Below are positions 35,660 to 45,766 of a DNA stretch of 64,000 bases, one piece after another; the first letter of the stretch is position 1, and every line of letters begins with the position of its first letter. Both the position numbers and the translations under genes were made by a program. This stretch comes from a virus, in the IMG/VR virus record IMGVR_UViG_3300044998_001035, positions 1 through 64,000 of that record, one strand, 5' to 3'. Below the pieces are notes generated by a model. The model ran no database searches. It was given only the letters and a program-made list of their open reading frames with translations, and was not told the DNA's origin.

Positions 35660-35717
35660 GTAGCCGTGCCCCGGACGTCCCGGGGCGGACAGGCCGCAGA
35701 CGACCGGAGGCCCGAGG

Positions 35718-36899
35718 ATGAAGACCGCGACCGCGACCGCGACCGAGGATCGGATCAACCACGCCCCCGCCCCCGCCGCCCCCACGCCCGACGAGGCGCG
35801 GGGCCGGCTGCTGGCGGCCCGCGACGCGATGCGCGCGGGGCTGATCGAGCGGGACGAGGAGGTGGACCTGGCCCTGACGGGCCTCGTCGCGGGCGAGCAC
35901 GTGCTGCTCGTCGGGCCCCCGGGCGTGGCGAAGTCGCTGCTGTTCGACTCCCTGATCTCGCTCTACCAGGGCCCGACGTTCAGCGTCCTGCTCACCAAGT
36001 TCACCACGCCCGAGGAGGTGCTGGGGCCGCTGTCCCTGGCGTCGCTCAAGGCCGACGTCTACCGGCGCGTCGTGGACAACCGGCTCCCCGCCGCCCACCT
36101 CGCGATGCTGGACGAGGTGTTCAAGGCCAGCAGCGCGATCCTGAACGCGACGCTCCGGATGCTCAACGAGGGCGTGTACGAGGACGCGGGCCGGTGGGCG
36201 GCGTCGCCGCTGCGGCTCTGCGTCGGCGCCTCCAACGAGTGGCCGAACCCCGAGCAGGGGGGGGCGGAGCTGGGGGCGCTGCTGGACCGCTTCACGCTCC
36301 GCAAGACGGTGCGGCCGATCCGGACGGCCCGGGGCCGGGAGCGGCTGCTGTTCGGGTCGGACGTCGGCGCCCCCGCCCCGGGCGCGGCCCGCGTCGCCCC
36401 CGCCGACGTGGACGCGGCCCGAGCCGCGGCGGCGTCGGTCCCCTGGGGCGCCGACGCGATGGAGGCGCTGCGGGAGGTGCTGCGGGAGCTGGCCCGCGAG
36501 GGGGTCGTCCCCAGCGACCGCCGGCAGCGCAAGGCGGTCAAGGTCGCCCGCGCCTCGGCGTTCCTGGCCGGGGCCGCAGAGGTCGCCCCGGCGCACATGG
36601 AGGCCCTGGCGCACGTCCTCTGGGACGACCCGGCCGAGCAGCCGGCGAAGGCCGCCGCGGCGGTCGCGCGGGTGTGCAACCCGCTCGGCCTCCAGGTCGG
36701 CAACCTGCTCGTCGAGGCCGAGGAGATCCTGGCGGGCATCGACGCGCGGAACCTCGCGCAGGTCGCGGCCTCCGTCACGAAGCTCGGCGAGATCGCCCGC
36801 AAGCTCAAGGGGCTCGGGCCCGACCCGCGCGCCCGGTCCGCGGCCGATTACGTCGCCGAGGAGGTCAAGGCCCTCCGGCACCGGGCCCTCGACGCCTGA
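35718..36899 (+). CDS. ravA: MoxR AAA+ ATPase, RavA subfamily
   Basis: LIERDEE, GPPGVAKS, TKFTTPEEVLGP, LDEVFKASSAILN, GASNE, ALLDRF, SDRR. Confidence 0.9.
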   Translation: MKTATATATEDRINHAPAPAAPTPDEARGRLLAARDAMRAGLIERDEEVDLALTGLVAGEHVLLVGPPGVAKSLLFDSLISLYQGPTFSVLLTKFTTPEEVLGPLSLASLKADVYRRVVDNRLPAAHLAMLDEVFKASSAILNATLRMLNEGVYEDAGRWAASPLRLCVGASNEWPNPEQGGAELGALLDRFTLRKTVRPIRTARGRERLLFGSDVGAPAPGAARVAPADVDAARAAAASVPWGADAMEALREVLRELAREGVVPSDRRQRKAVKVARASAFLAGAAEVAPAHMEALAHVLWDDPAEQPAKAAAAVARVCNPLGLQVGNLLVEAEEILAGIDARNLAQVAASVTKLGEIARKLKGLGPDPRARSAADYVAEEVKALRHRALDA

Positions 36900-36983
36900 C
36901 CCGCCCCCGCCCCGACGCGACGGCCCCTCCCCCCCGGGGCCCCGGCCCTCCCCCGCACCCACCACCGGACCGAGGACGAGACG

Positions 36984-38450
36984 ATGACGGACGAGACGAG
37001 GACGGACGAGACGAGGACGGACGCGCCCGAGGACATTCGGGCCCTGCTCGGGCTGGACGACGACCTGCCCCCGGACCGCGGCGGGCCCCCCGAGCCGGCC
37101 GAGGGCGCGGCCGGGCCGATCGGGGCGGCCCCGCCGCCCGCCCCCCCACCGCCGCACGCCCTGCGGCTCGACGCCTGGGGCGCCCGCAAGGGCCACGACC
37201 TGGTGGCGGAGGGCGGGGCATTGGCGGGCGCCGGGGCCACGCCCGAGGCCGCCGCCGACTTCCACGCGCTGGCCTTCGAGCCCTGCCCCGAGCTGGCCGA
37301 CGCCTGCGAGGACGCCCTGAGGCACGAGTACGTCCGGGACGTGCTCCAGACGCCCGACTGGAGGGAGCTGAACGCGTCGACCGCCCTGGACGTGGACGCC
37401 TCGGAGCTGGCGGCCTGCCACTTCGCGAAGGGCTACGCGGCGCTGGCCGAAGCCAGGGCCGAGGCCGGGGCCGAGGTGGGGTCGGGCCCGCGCGCCGAGT
37501 CGAAGCGGCGCCTCCAGGCGATGCGGGCCGCCTCCGCGGCGGCGAGGGCCGCCAGGGAAGAAGTCGAGGCGGCGGCCGAGGCCGCGGAGGCGCTGGGGCT
37601 CGGCCCCGGCCCCGACGGCGCCAGGATCGACCCGCGCCGGGCGGCCGAGGCGTACAGGAAGATCCGGGCGGACCCCGCCCTGCAGAAGATCGTCCGGATG
37701 GCCGGCGTGTTCCGGCGGGTCGCGCAGTCGCGGCGTCGAAACCGGGCCCGGCACGGCCGGGACGAGGTGGTGGGGGTGGAGCTGGGCGGCGACCTGGCGC
37801 GCCTGCTCCCGTCGGAGCTGGCGGCGCTGGCGTCCGGGGACGAGGACCTGGAGCTGGACGCCCTGCGCCGGCTGGCCGAGCGTCAGGCGCTCCAGCACGA
37901 GGTGCGGTCGTCCGAGCCGGTCGGGCGCGGCCCGGTCGTGGTGGTGGTGGACGAGTCCGGCTCGATGCGCGGCGAGAAGATCGAGGCCGCCAAGGGGCTC
38001 GCCCTGGCCGTGGCCTGGGTCGCCCGGAAGCAGGGACGCTGGGCGGCGCTGGTGGGGTTCTCCGGGGGCACCGAGGGGACGCTGTGCGTGCTCCCCCCGG
38101 GCCGGTGGGACGAGGCCGCGCTGCTCGACTGGCTCGCCCACTTCTACGGCGGCGGCACCACGCTCGACGTCCCGATCCGCGAGCTGCCGTTCGCGTACTG
38201 GCCGCGGCTGCTCGAGGCCGGCGCGGCGCGGGGGAAGACGGACATCATCATCATCACCGACGCGATCGTGCACGCCCCGGCCGAGGACGTGTCGCGGTTC
38301 AACGCCTGGCGGCGCGCGGAGCGGGCCCGCGTCGAGGCCCTGGTCGTGGACGGGGAGCCGGGCGACCTGGCCCTCGTCGCCGACGCCTGCTACCGGGTCC
38401 GGTCGCTCGGCCCCGACGACGGGCCGGTCTCGGGCGTGCTCGACCTCTGA
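36984..38450 (+). CDS. viaA: VWA-domain partner (ViaA-like)
   Basis: DLARLLPSEL, GPVVVVVDESGSM (MIDAS), GGGT, IIITD. Confidence 0.85.
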   Translation: MTDETRTDETRTDAPEDIRALLGLDDDLPPDRGGPPEPAEGAAGPIGAAPPPAPPPPHALRLDAWGARKGHDLVAEGGALAGAGATPEAAADFHALAFEPCPELADACEDALRHEYVRDVLQTPDWRELNASTALDVDASELAACHFAKGYAALAEARAEAGAEVGSGPRAESKRRLQAMRAASAAARAAREEVEAAAEAAEALGLGPGPDGARIDPRRAAEAYRKIRADPALQKIVRMAGVFRRVAQSRRRNRARHGRDEVVGVELGGDLARLLPSELAALASGDEDLELDALRRLAERQALQHEVRSSEPVGRGPVVVVVDESGSMRGEKIEAAKGLALAVAWVARKQGRWAALVGFSGGTEGTLCVLPPGRWDEAALLDWLAHFYGGGTTLDVPIRELPFAYWPRLLEAGAARGKTDIIIITDAIVHAPAEDVSRFNAWRRAERARVEALVVDGEPGDLALVADACYRVRSLGPDDGPVSGVLDL

Positions 38451-38512
38451 GCCGCCGGCCGGGCGCCGGCCCCCCCCGCGCGCCCGGCGCCGAAAATTAT
38501 GCAGGATCGCGA

Positions 38513-38541
38513 TTGAAATCGGTGTGACAACTGGATAATAT
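38513..38541 (+). promoter_or_regulatory. Sigma70 promoter
   Basis: TTGAAA-17 bp-TAATAT in an AT-rich intergenic region. Confidence 0.7.
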
Positions 38542-38621
38542 CCAAAACGGCGGGGGTGACGCGGGCGCGGCCCGCCCCCCGACAGGACGCCGAAGGGTTT
38601 TCAGGACGGAGGGTTGCGACG

Positions 38622-39536
38622 ATGGCGACGGCAGCATACGAGGTGGCCGTGGGCGAGACGACCGACCTGTCCCCGTTCGCGGTCCCCGCCGGGGCGGAGG
38701 TGCTGGGGGACGTGGTGACGTGGGACGTGGAGCACGCGGAGGTGCGGTACGAGCACCTGACGGACGCGCTGGAGGCGGCGGGCCTGGACCGCGGGCTGGC
38801 GCGGCCGGTCTGCTGGGCGGACGCGTTCCGGCGCGGGATGCGGCGGCTCGCCGACGCCGGGACGATCGTCCGCAAGCTGGACGAGGCGCCCGAGGCGATC
38901 CGGTATCAGGTCACGACCGAGCGCAGGGCCGACGACGGCTCGGAGCTGGTCTACACCACGCAGTGTCTGGTCGCGCTGCACAAGGAGGACGGGTCGATCG
39001 AGTGCCCCGACCCGGCGGTCCTCGACCGCGCCCGGGACGCGACGCACCGGGTCCGGGACTGGCGGACGGGCGCGGACATCTCCCGCGTGATGTTCGCCCT
39101 GTTCGACGGCCGCCGGCGCGCGGACCTGGACCTGATCCCGCTGCGCAAGTGCGGCGGGACGTACTTCGTGCGGCGCGAGGGCGCCGGCTGGCTGGACGCG
39201 GCGGGCGCGTTCCTGGACGCGGTCGGGTGCCGGCTCAACCGCTTCCCGGTCGCGAAGGGGCGAGACAACCGGGCGGTCCGCGAGGCGGTGTCGTCGCGGC
39301 TCGCGGAGCTGGTGCGGGAGTACGAGGGGGCCGTGGCCGAGTTCGGGCGCGACACGAAGGAGTCGACGCTGCGCGCGGCCGGCGAGCGGGTGGCCGCCCT
39401 GCGGTTCAAGGTCGAGTCCTACGCCGAGTACCTCGGCGAGGAGCAGGCGGCGCTGCTGGAGGCGGTCCGGGCGGCGAAGGGGGCGCTGGCGGCGGCGCTG
39501 GAGCGGGTGGCAGCCGAGAAGGCGGCCGGGGCCTGA
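38622..39536 (+). CDS. Conserved mobile-element protein (DUF6744-like)
   Basis: LGDVVTW...DAFRR...IPLRKCGGTYFV...coiled-coil C-terminus; follows ravA/viaA. Family name from recollection. Confidence 0.6.
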   Translation: MATAAYEVAVGETTDLSPFAVPAGAEVLGDVVTWDVEHAEVRYEHLTDALEAAGLDRGLARPVCWADAFRRGMRRLADAGTIVRKLDEAPEAIRYQVTTERRADDGSELVYTTQCLVALHKEDGSIECPDPAVLDRARDATHRVRDWRTGADISRVMFALFDGRRRADLDLIPLRKCGGTYFVRREGAGWLDAAGAFLDAVGCRLNRFPVAKGRDNRAVREAVSSRLAELVREYEGAVAEFGRDTKESTLRAAGERVAALRFKVESYAEYLGEEQAALLEAVRAAKGALAAALERVAAEKAAGA

Positions 39537-39616
39537 AGCCGGGGACGACCCGGCCCGGCGCGTGGCCGGGCCGGGGTGCGGCGCGGGCGAGGCTCGGGGT
39601 GGGGGAGGAGGAAGCC

Positions 39617-39946
39617 ATGCGGAAGGATGCAGGAACGGCGGCGGAGAAGGCGGCGGAGAAGGCGGCGGAAGTGGCCGGGGGCGTCGGCCGGCCGGGCGGG
39701 TCGCGGGCGAGGCCGGGGAGGGCGGGCGCCGCCTCGCACGCCGCGGCGCGCCGGGCGCCCCAGAGGGGCGAGTGCCTGGGGTGCGGGCGGCCGAGCTGGA
39801 CGCTGTATTGCGACGGCTGCGCGCCGCCCCCGTCGGGCCGCGCCCGCGACGCGTCGGCGCCGCCGGACCTGGACGACCGCGACGACCGGCGGTGGAACGG
39901 CGAGGCGTACCGCCCGATGCCGAGCGGGCGGGCTGCGCGCCGATGA
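39617..39946 (+). CDS. Small Zn-ribbon protein
   Basis: CLGC...CDGC; GGAGGAGG RBS. Confidence 0.5.
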   Translation: MRKDAGTAAEKAAEKAAEVAGGVGRPGGSRARPGRAGAASHAAARRAPQRGECLGCGRPSWTLYCDGCAPPPSGRARDASAPPDLDDRDDRRWNGEAYRPMPSGRAARR

Positions 39947-40055
39947 GCGGGCGCGGCCCGATTGAAGAAGGAGGTGGGTCATGGGTAGGGAGGTGAAGCG
40001 CGTCGCGGCCTGGTTCGACTGGCCGATCGGCGAGGTTTGGGAAGGAGACGAATCC

Positions 40056-41375
40056 GTGAGGGTGCTCGCGTATCGCGCGGTGAACTTCAAGGGCCTGAAG
40101 GACGTCCGGATCGAGCCCGGCCGGCACGTCGTGTTCGTGGTCGGCCGCAACGGGGCCGGCAAGTCGTCGGTGCTGGACGCGCTCCACGCCGCGCTGGCCG
40201 GGGCGCGGGCGTCGCCCGGGATGCCCGTCCGCCGCGGGGCGGCCGAGGCGTCCGTCCGGCTCGACCTGGGGGACGTGACGGTCACGCGGCGCTGGTCGGC
40301 CGACGGGTCCACCAGGCTCTACGTCGAGCACCCCGACGGCTCGGCGCCCCGGGCGCCCCAGGCGCTGCTGGACCGGATGCTGGGCGCCGTCGGCTTCGAC
40401 GCCCTGGCGTTCGCCCGCCAGGACCCCGCCGAGCAGGCGAGGACGCTGCGGCGCCTGGCCGGGCTCGACGCCGCGTTCGCGGAGATCGACGCCGAACTCG
40501 CGGCGCTGGCCGAGGAGCGGGCCGAGGTCGGCCGCGCCGTCCGGGCCGACGAGGGGGCGCTGGCGTCCTACCACGAGGGCGAGTTCGAGGGCGTCCCCGA
40601 CGAGGCACCGGACGCGGCCGAGCTGGCGGCGCAGTACCGGGCCGCCGTAGACGCGAAGGGGGAGAACGACGCGGTCCGGGCGGCGGCCCGGGAGGACGCC
40701 CGGAGGTTGGCGGAGTCGCGTCGGGCCTACGGCGCCGCCTGCGCCGAGACGGAACGGCTCCGCGAGCTGCTGGCCCGCGCCGAGTCCGCGGAACGATCGG
40801 CCTGCGAGGCGGTGTCGGACGCCCAGGCCGCCGCGTCCGAGTCGGCGGCGATGGCCGAGGGCCTGGAGGACCCGGACGTCGCCGGGGCGTGGGGCCGGCT
40901 CCGCGAGGCGCAGGCGACGGCCGCGAAGGTCGCCCGCAAGCGGGAGCGGGCCGACATCGAGGCGCGGCGGGCCGGGAACGCCGAGCACGCCGCGGCGCTC
41001 GCGGGCCGGATCGACGCCCTGAGGGAGAAGAAGAAGGACCTGATCACGCGCGCGCCGCTGCCCGTCCCGGGGCTGGACTGCGCGGGGGACGAGGTGCTGC
41101 TGCGCGGCGTGCCGCTGGCGCAGGCCAACACGGCGGAGCAGGTGCGGGTCGGCCTGGAGGTGGCGGCGGCGCTCTCCCCGCACCTGCGCGTGGCCGCGAT
41201 CCGGGACGGGTCGCTGCTCGACGACGGGTCGCTGGCGGCGGTCTGCCGCTGGGCCGAGGAGCGGGACTACCAGGTCTGGCTGGAGCGGGTCGGGCCCCCG
41301 GGCGGCCCCGGGGCGGTCGTGATCGAGGACGGGGCCGTGGCCGCGGCGCCGCCCGGGGAGGGGGTGGGCCCGTGA
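40056..41375 (+). CDS. SMC/Rad50-like coiled-coil ATPase
   Basis: NFKGLK...GRNGAGKSSVLDA, coiled coil, QANTAEQ, IRDGSLLD. Confidence 0.9.
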   Translation: MRVLAYRAVNFKGLKDVRIEPGRHVVFVVGRNGAGKSSVLDALHAALAGARASPGMPVRRGAAEASVRLDLGDVTVTRRWSADGSTRLYVEHPDGSAPRAPQALLDRMLGAVGFDALAFARQDPAEQARTLRRLAGLDAAFAEIDAELAALAEERAEVGRAVRADEGALASYHEGEFEGVPDEAPDAAELAAQYRAAVDAKGENDAVRAAAREDARRLAESRRAYGAACAETERLRELLARAESAERSACEAVSDAQAAASESAAMAEGLEDPDVAGAWGRLREAQATAAKVARKRERADIEARRAGNAEHAAALAGRIDALREKKKDLITRAPLPVPGLDCAGDEVLLRGVPLAQANTAEQVRVGLEVAAALSPHLRVAAIRDGSLLDDGSLAAVCRWAEERDYQVWLERVGPPGGPGAVVIEDGAVAAAPPGEGVGP

Positions 41376-42091
41376 GTCGTCGCGCGAAGGCGGCCACGGC
41401 CGCCGGACGGGCCGGGCCCCGCCGCTGGAACCCGGCCGCGGACCTGCTGGAGATCAAGGCCGCGTACGACGCCTCCGGGGTCGTGGGCAAGCCGCTGCCG
41501 TGCCGGTCGCGCCGCGGCGTCTACGCGGTCGGCGGCGGCCGGACCGGGTTCGACCTGTTCGCCCCCGGGCTGCGGACGTCGGCGCGGGACTGGGCGTTCG
41601 CGGCGATGGCCTCGTCCGGGACGGTCTCGTTCCTGGTCCCGACCCGGCACGAGGGCGCGGCGTCGGAGTACCTGGCGGCCGTCGAGCGGGACGCGGCCAT
41701 CGCCGCGGCCCGGTACGGGCGGTCGCTGCGGGCCATGTTCGAGCGGAACAAGCGGACGTTCCGGGAAGGCTACTCGCTCCCCGAGCCGCCGACGCCCGAG
41801 CTGCGGTGGCTGTACGACGCGGCGGCCGCCTTCGAGGCCGAACTGTTCCCGCCCCGGCCCCGGCGCCTGGGCGCCGCCGATCGACCTCGCCCCGGCGCCC
41901 GCGGCGGCGCCCGACCCGTCCGCGGCCCTGAGGCCGCGCGGGCGCGGGTTCTCGGCCGGGGAGTACCACTGGCGGCCCTGGCCGCTGGCGAACGTCGCGG
42001 TCTGCGTCGAGGGGCGGGGGTGGTGCGCGGCGATGCCGGGCCTTCCCGCGCTGTCGCGAGAGCTTCAGATCAGGATCAGAGAATACCTGTG
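41372..42091 (+). pseudogene. Degenerate or frameshifted DUF5131 (gp37/gp68)-like paralogue
   Basis: DLFAPG...AFAAMA...FLVPTRH...YL, with WPLANVAVCVE in another frame, parallels motifs of the family of the intact gene at 49655. The Cys triad is absent. Confidence 0.45.
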
Positions 42092-42123
42092 ATCGTCACA
42101 TCAACAGAAACCGAGGTGTTACG

Positions 42124-43398
42124 ATGAGCGAAGCATGCGCGGGCGAGGTCGAGTCGATCGCGTCGGGCCCCGACGGCTCGGCGCCCCGGGCGGGGTTCGA
42201 GGCGTGGTTCCGCCGGGACGCGCTGCTGGAGGCGTTCGCCCTGGCGTCGGCCGCGTCGGCGGCTCGGACCCCCAGGCCGATCCTCAGGGACGTGATGCTG
42301 GAGGTCGCCGACGGCGGCGAGGCCTCGCTGTCGGCGACCGACCTGGAGGTGGCGTCGCGGGCCCGGCTGCTCGGGCTGGACGCCCCCGCCCCCGGCCGGG
42401 TCCTCCTGCCGGCCGAGCGGTTCGCCGCGGCGCTGCGGTCGCTGCCGCCCGGCTCCGACGGGCGGGTCGCCGCGCCGCCCGGCGGCGGGTCCGTCGAGCT
42501 TTCGTCCGGCCGGAGCCGGTTCGTCCTGGCGGCGAACGACCCGGCCGAGTTCCCCGCGTTCCCCGAGCCCGACTGGTCCTCGGCCGTCGAGGTCCCCGCG
42601 CCGGCCCTGCGCCGCGCGCTGAGGCTGACGGCGTTCGCGTCCGACCCGAACGTCCAGAGCTACGCGCTGGGCGGGGTCCTGCTGGAGCCGGGCCCGGGGC
42701 TGCTGACGCTCGTGGCGACGGACGGCCGCCGCCTGGCGCTGGCGGCGCTGACGCCGCCGCGGACGCCGTGGGGGCCGGGATCTGCCGGGGCGTGGGGGGG
42801 CGGCGCCGGGGCGCCGCTGCTGCCGTCCCGGGGCGTCCGGCTGTTCGATCGGCTCCTGTCCGGGCTCGACGACGACGAGGACGTGGCCCTGGCGTCGGGC
42901 GAGTCGTGGGTGTCGCTGCGCTGCGCCCGCGGCGTGGCCCACTCCCGGCGCCTGGAGGGCCGGTTCCCGCAATACAGGCAGATCCTCCCGGGATCGCAAA
43001 CCGCCTGGGCGACGTTCGACGCGGGCGAGATCCTGCGCGGCGTGGAGCAGGCGTCCGTCGTGGCCGTCAAGGAGTCGCGCGGCGTCGCGATCCGGCTCGG
43101 CCCGCGCGGCGCGAAGCTGGCCGCCGACTCGGCCGACGCGGGCCGTTGCGACGCGGAGGTGCCGGCCGCGGGCGCGGGCGACGACGCGGGCGCCGACGCC
43201 GCGGGCGCCGACGCCGCGGGCGGTGACGTGGCGACCCTGACCCTTGACGTGCGCTACCTGGCGGAGGCCCTGAAGGCGGCCCGGGACGCGGGCGCGGAGT
43301 CCGCCAGGCTCGGCGCGACCGGCCCGGCCGCGCCCGCGGAGCTGCGGTGCGAGGCGGCCGGCGTCTCGTACCGCTACGTGGTCATGCCGATCCAGTGA
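42124..43398 (+). CDS. dnaN: DNA polymerase III beta sliding clamp
   Basis: RTPRPIL, SATDLE, DPAEFP, ALGGVLL, VATDGRRLA, LEGRFPQYRQILP, YVVMPI. Confidence 0.95.
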   Translation: MSEACAGEVESIASGPDGSAPRAGFEAWFRRDALLEAFALASAASAARTPRPILRDVMLEVADGGEASLSATDLEVASRARLLGLDAPAPGRVLLPAERFAAALRSLPPGSDGRVAAPPGGGSVELSSGRSRFVLAANDPAEFPAFPEPDWSSAVEVPAPALRRALRLTAFASDPNVQSYALGGVLLEPGPGLLTLVATDGRRLALAALTPPRTPWGPGSAGAWGGGAGAPLLPSRGVRLFDRLLSGLDDDEDVALASGESWVSLRCARGVAHSRRLEGRFPQYRQILPGSQTAWATFDAGEILRGVEQASVVAVKESRGVAIRLGPRGAKLAADSADAGRCDAEVPAAGAGDDAGADAAGADAAGGDVATLTLDVRYLAEALKAARDAGAESARLGATGPAAPAELRCEAAGVSYRYVVMPIQ

Positions 43399-43513
43399 CA
43401 AACCGGAATTTAGAAGAAAATCGAATAGAAATTGGCGTGGAATCGTTGTACTATTCGCGCATGGCCCGCGGCCCGCGGGCATCCGCGATCGGTGGAGAGA
43501 GGGGAGGTGTGGC

Positions 43514-43873
43514 GTGGTCAAGGTGCACGAGCAGAAGGCGTCGCCGGGGCCGTCGGCCGCCGCGGGCGCCGGCCCGCCGGCGGAGGCGTCGGCGCTGGAG
43601 CTGATCCGGGCCGCGGCGGACCCGGAGATCCACGGGTTCCTGACGGCGCTGCTGGCCGGGCCGCGGGGCCTGTCGGACCTGGGGATCGACCCGATGAAAT
43701 TCGCGCAGCGGCTGGGCAAGCTGCGGTTCGCGCGGGCGGTCGAGCGGCGTCGCGCGGGGCGGAGCATGACCTACGAACTGACCCCGGTCGGGGAGGCGCT
43801 GGCGCGCGGCATCGGGGCCGCCGCCGCGGCCGTGTCGGCCGCGTCCCGCCGCCAGGCCGGCGGCGGGTCGTGA
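43514..43873 (+). CDS. Winged-helix DNA-binding protein
   Basis: LLAGPRGLSDL...RLGKLR...VERRR...YELTPVGEAL (HxlR/ArsR-like). Confidence 0.7.
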   Translation: MVKVHEQKASPGPSAAAGAGPPAEASALELIRAAADPEIHGFLTALLAGPRGLSDLGIDPMKFAQRLGKLRFARAVERRRAGRSMTYELTPVGEALARGIGAAAAAVSAASRRQAGGGS

Positions 43874-43922
43874 CGGTCCTCCGGGAGCGTGGCGGGTGAT
43901 CGGCAAAATGAAGGAGATGAGC

Positions 43923-44162
43923 ATGGCTTTGCATCGGATCGAGCTGGTCCTGGACGACGACGACTACCGGGATCTCATGGCCGAGCTGGAGTTGCGCAAG
44001 GGGCGGGAGCTGCCCGAGGGCGAGTCGAACGACGCCGGCGCCCACGTCGGGGAGATCGTCCGCGACCTTCGGGACTACCGGGACCTGTACGACGCGGAGC
44101 ATCCCCGGGAATTCCGGGGGGCCGCGGGCGGCCCCCCGGCGGGCGAGGGGAGGGTCCCGTGA
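43923..44162 (+). CDS. Hypothetical protein
   Basis: AAGGAG RBS. Confidence 0.55.
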   Translation: MALHRIELVLDDDDYRDLMAELELRKGRELPEGESNDAGAHVGEIVRDLRDYRDLYDAEHPREFRGAAGGPPAGEGRVP

Positions 44163-44530
44163 TGCCCGGGGGATTGTCCGTGCTGAACGTCGGGGCGGGC
44201 GACCTGCGGTTCTCGTTCGACCCGTCGGACCCGGTCGAGCGCGAACGGGCCGGGCGCGTCGTGAGGGACATGCTGGCGCGTGGCTACGTGCTGTTCGTCG
44301 AGGTCGGGGGCGAGCTGCGCAAGGCGGTCGGGTTCGACCCCGACGCGTGCGCCTACGTCGTGACCGACGTCCCCGGCGACGCGGGCCACCCCGCGCCGGC
44401 CCCGGCGTCGCCGTCGGCCCCGGCCCCGCCCCCCGACGCGCCGGCCCGCCGCCGCGGGCGGCCGAGGAAGGTGCTCGTCCCGGCGGCCGACGCGGACGCG
44501 ACGGCCGTGGCCCCGACGGCGGGAGGCTGA
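44162..44530 (+). CDS. Hypothetical protein ending in AGG
   Basis: Coupled start; C-terminal APTAGG. Confidence 0.6.
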   Translation: MPGGLSVLNVGAGDLRFSFDPSDPVERERAGRVVRDMLARGYVLFVEVGGELRKAVGFDPDACAYVVTDVPGDAGHPAPAPASPSAPAPPPDAPARRRGRPRKVLVPAADADATAVAPTAGG

Positions 44531-44534
44531 CCCG

Positions 44535-45248
44535 ATGGCGACCGGCGAGATGACCTGGGAGTCCGTGTCCGCGGCCGTCCAGGCGCACGCCGCCCGGTCC
44601 GGCGAGTGGGCCGGCGCGCCCCTGCCCGTCTGGGGGGTCCGGCTCCGCATGGAGCCCCGGCACCCGTACCGCGGCCTGGACGGGGCCTGCCTCGGCGCCC
44701 CCCTGGACGGCGACGGAGACGGCGACGACGAAGGGGGGACGATCGTCCGCAACGAATTCCCCTGCTGGCAGCGGATGGTCCGGGTCCTCGTCTGCCAGGA
44801 CGGGCCGTCGGCGCCCGTGTACCACCTGACGCTGCCGCTGCTGGAGGACCGGCTCCGGCCGGCCCTGCTGACGATCGGGGCGTCGATGGCCTGGGACGTG
44901 GCGGCCGAGGCGCGGGCGGTCGAGACCCTGTCGGGGCTGGTGTCGCCGGCCGCGATGCGGTCCTACCTGCTCACCGGGTCGTTCCTGGAGACGTCGAGGC
45001 GGTCCGGGGTCAAGTACCTGTTCCGCAAGCTGCGGCCGACGGTGGCGCTCTCCGGGAATGGCGGCGGCGTCCGCGTCCTGGCGGCGCTCTGCCTGCACCC
45101 GATCGGCTACTACGAGGGCACGTACGCCGGGGCGATGGTCCCGACGGACGACGTGATCGCCCACCTCATGTTGATGCGCGGCGACGAGCACGGGTTCTGG
45201 AAGAAGGCGAACCAGCACCCGGCGTGGTCCGCGGCGGCCGGCATCTGA
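44535..45248 (+). CDS. Hypothetical phage protein
   Basis: Clean ORF; LCLHP...DDVIAHLMLMRGDEHGFWKKAN. Confidence 0.65.
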   Translation: MATGEMTWESVSAAVQAHAARSGEWAGAPLPVWGVRLRMEPRHPYRGLDGACLGAPLDGDGDGDDEGGTIVRNEFPCWQRMVRVLVCQDGPSAPVYHLTLPLLEDRLRPALLTIGASMAWDVAAEARAVETLSGLVSPAAMRSYLLTGSFLETSRRSGVKYLFRKLRPTVALSGNGGGVRVLAALCLHPIGYYEGTYAGAMVPTDDVIAHLMLMRGDEHGFWKKANQHPAWSAAAGI

Positions 45249-45733
45249 TGGGGCATGACCTGCCTGTTCCCGGTCTCGGAGGATTCGACGCGATGGCCAC
45301 GTTCCTGACGATCGTCCTGTCGCTGGCCGCGCCGACCCTGGCGGCGGTGGCGCTTGAGTCCTGGATGTCCCGCCCGCGGCCCGTGCACCGGCCACGCGGC
45401 GCGGGCGGCGACGAAGGAGATGAGGGCGAAGAAGATGATGGCAACGGGGACGGCGCGGGGGCCGTCCGCGTGTCCGGGGGGGCCCTGGGCCTGCGGGTCT
45501 CGTCCGGGGGCCGCGAGGAGTACCTGACGGGCCCTTCGATGGCGTTCCTGGGCGGCGGCCGGCTCGTGATCGCGGCCGACAACGCGGACGCGCTGCTGCT
45601 CCTGGACGGCCCGCGTGCCGAGGCCGACGCGTCGGCGCTGGCGGCGCTGTATTCCGGCCCCGAGGGCGTCTTCGCCGTCGCCCTGGCCGCGGAACTCCGC
45701 CGCGGCCAGGCCCCCGGGGAGGGCACGCCGTGA
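45248..45733 (+). CDS. Membrane-anchored hypothetical protein
   Basis: N-terminal TM helix and acidic linker. Confidence 0.5.
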   Translation: MGHDLPVPGLGGFDAMATFLTIVLSLAAPTLAAVALESWMSRPRPVHRPRGAGGDEGDEGEEDDGNGDGAGAVRVSGGALGLRVSSGGREEYLTGPSMAFLGGGRLVIAADNADALLLLDGPRAEADASALAALYSGPEGVFAVALAAELRRGQAPGEGTP

Positions 45734-45766
45734 CGGGCGCGATCTCAGAGGCCGACCACCCTGCGC

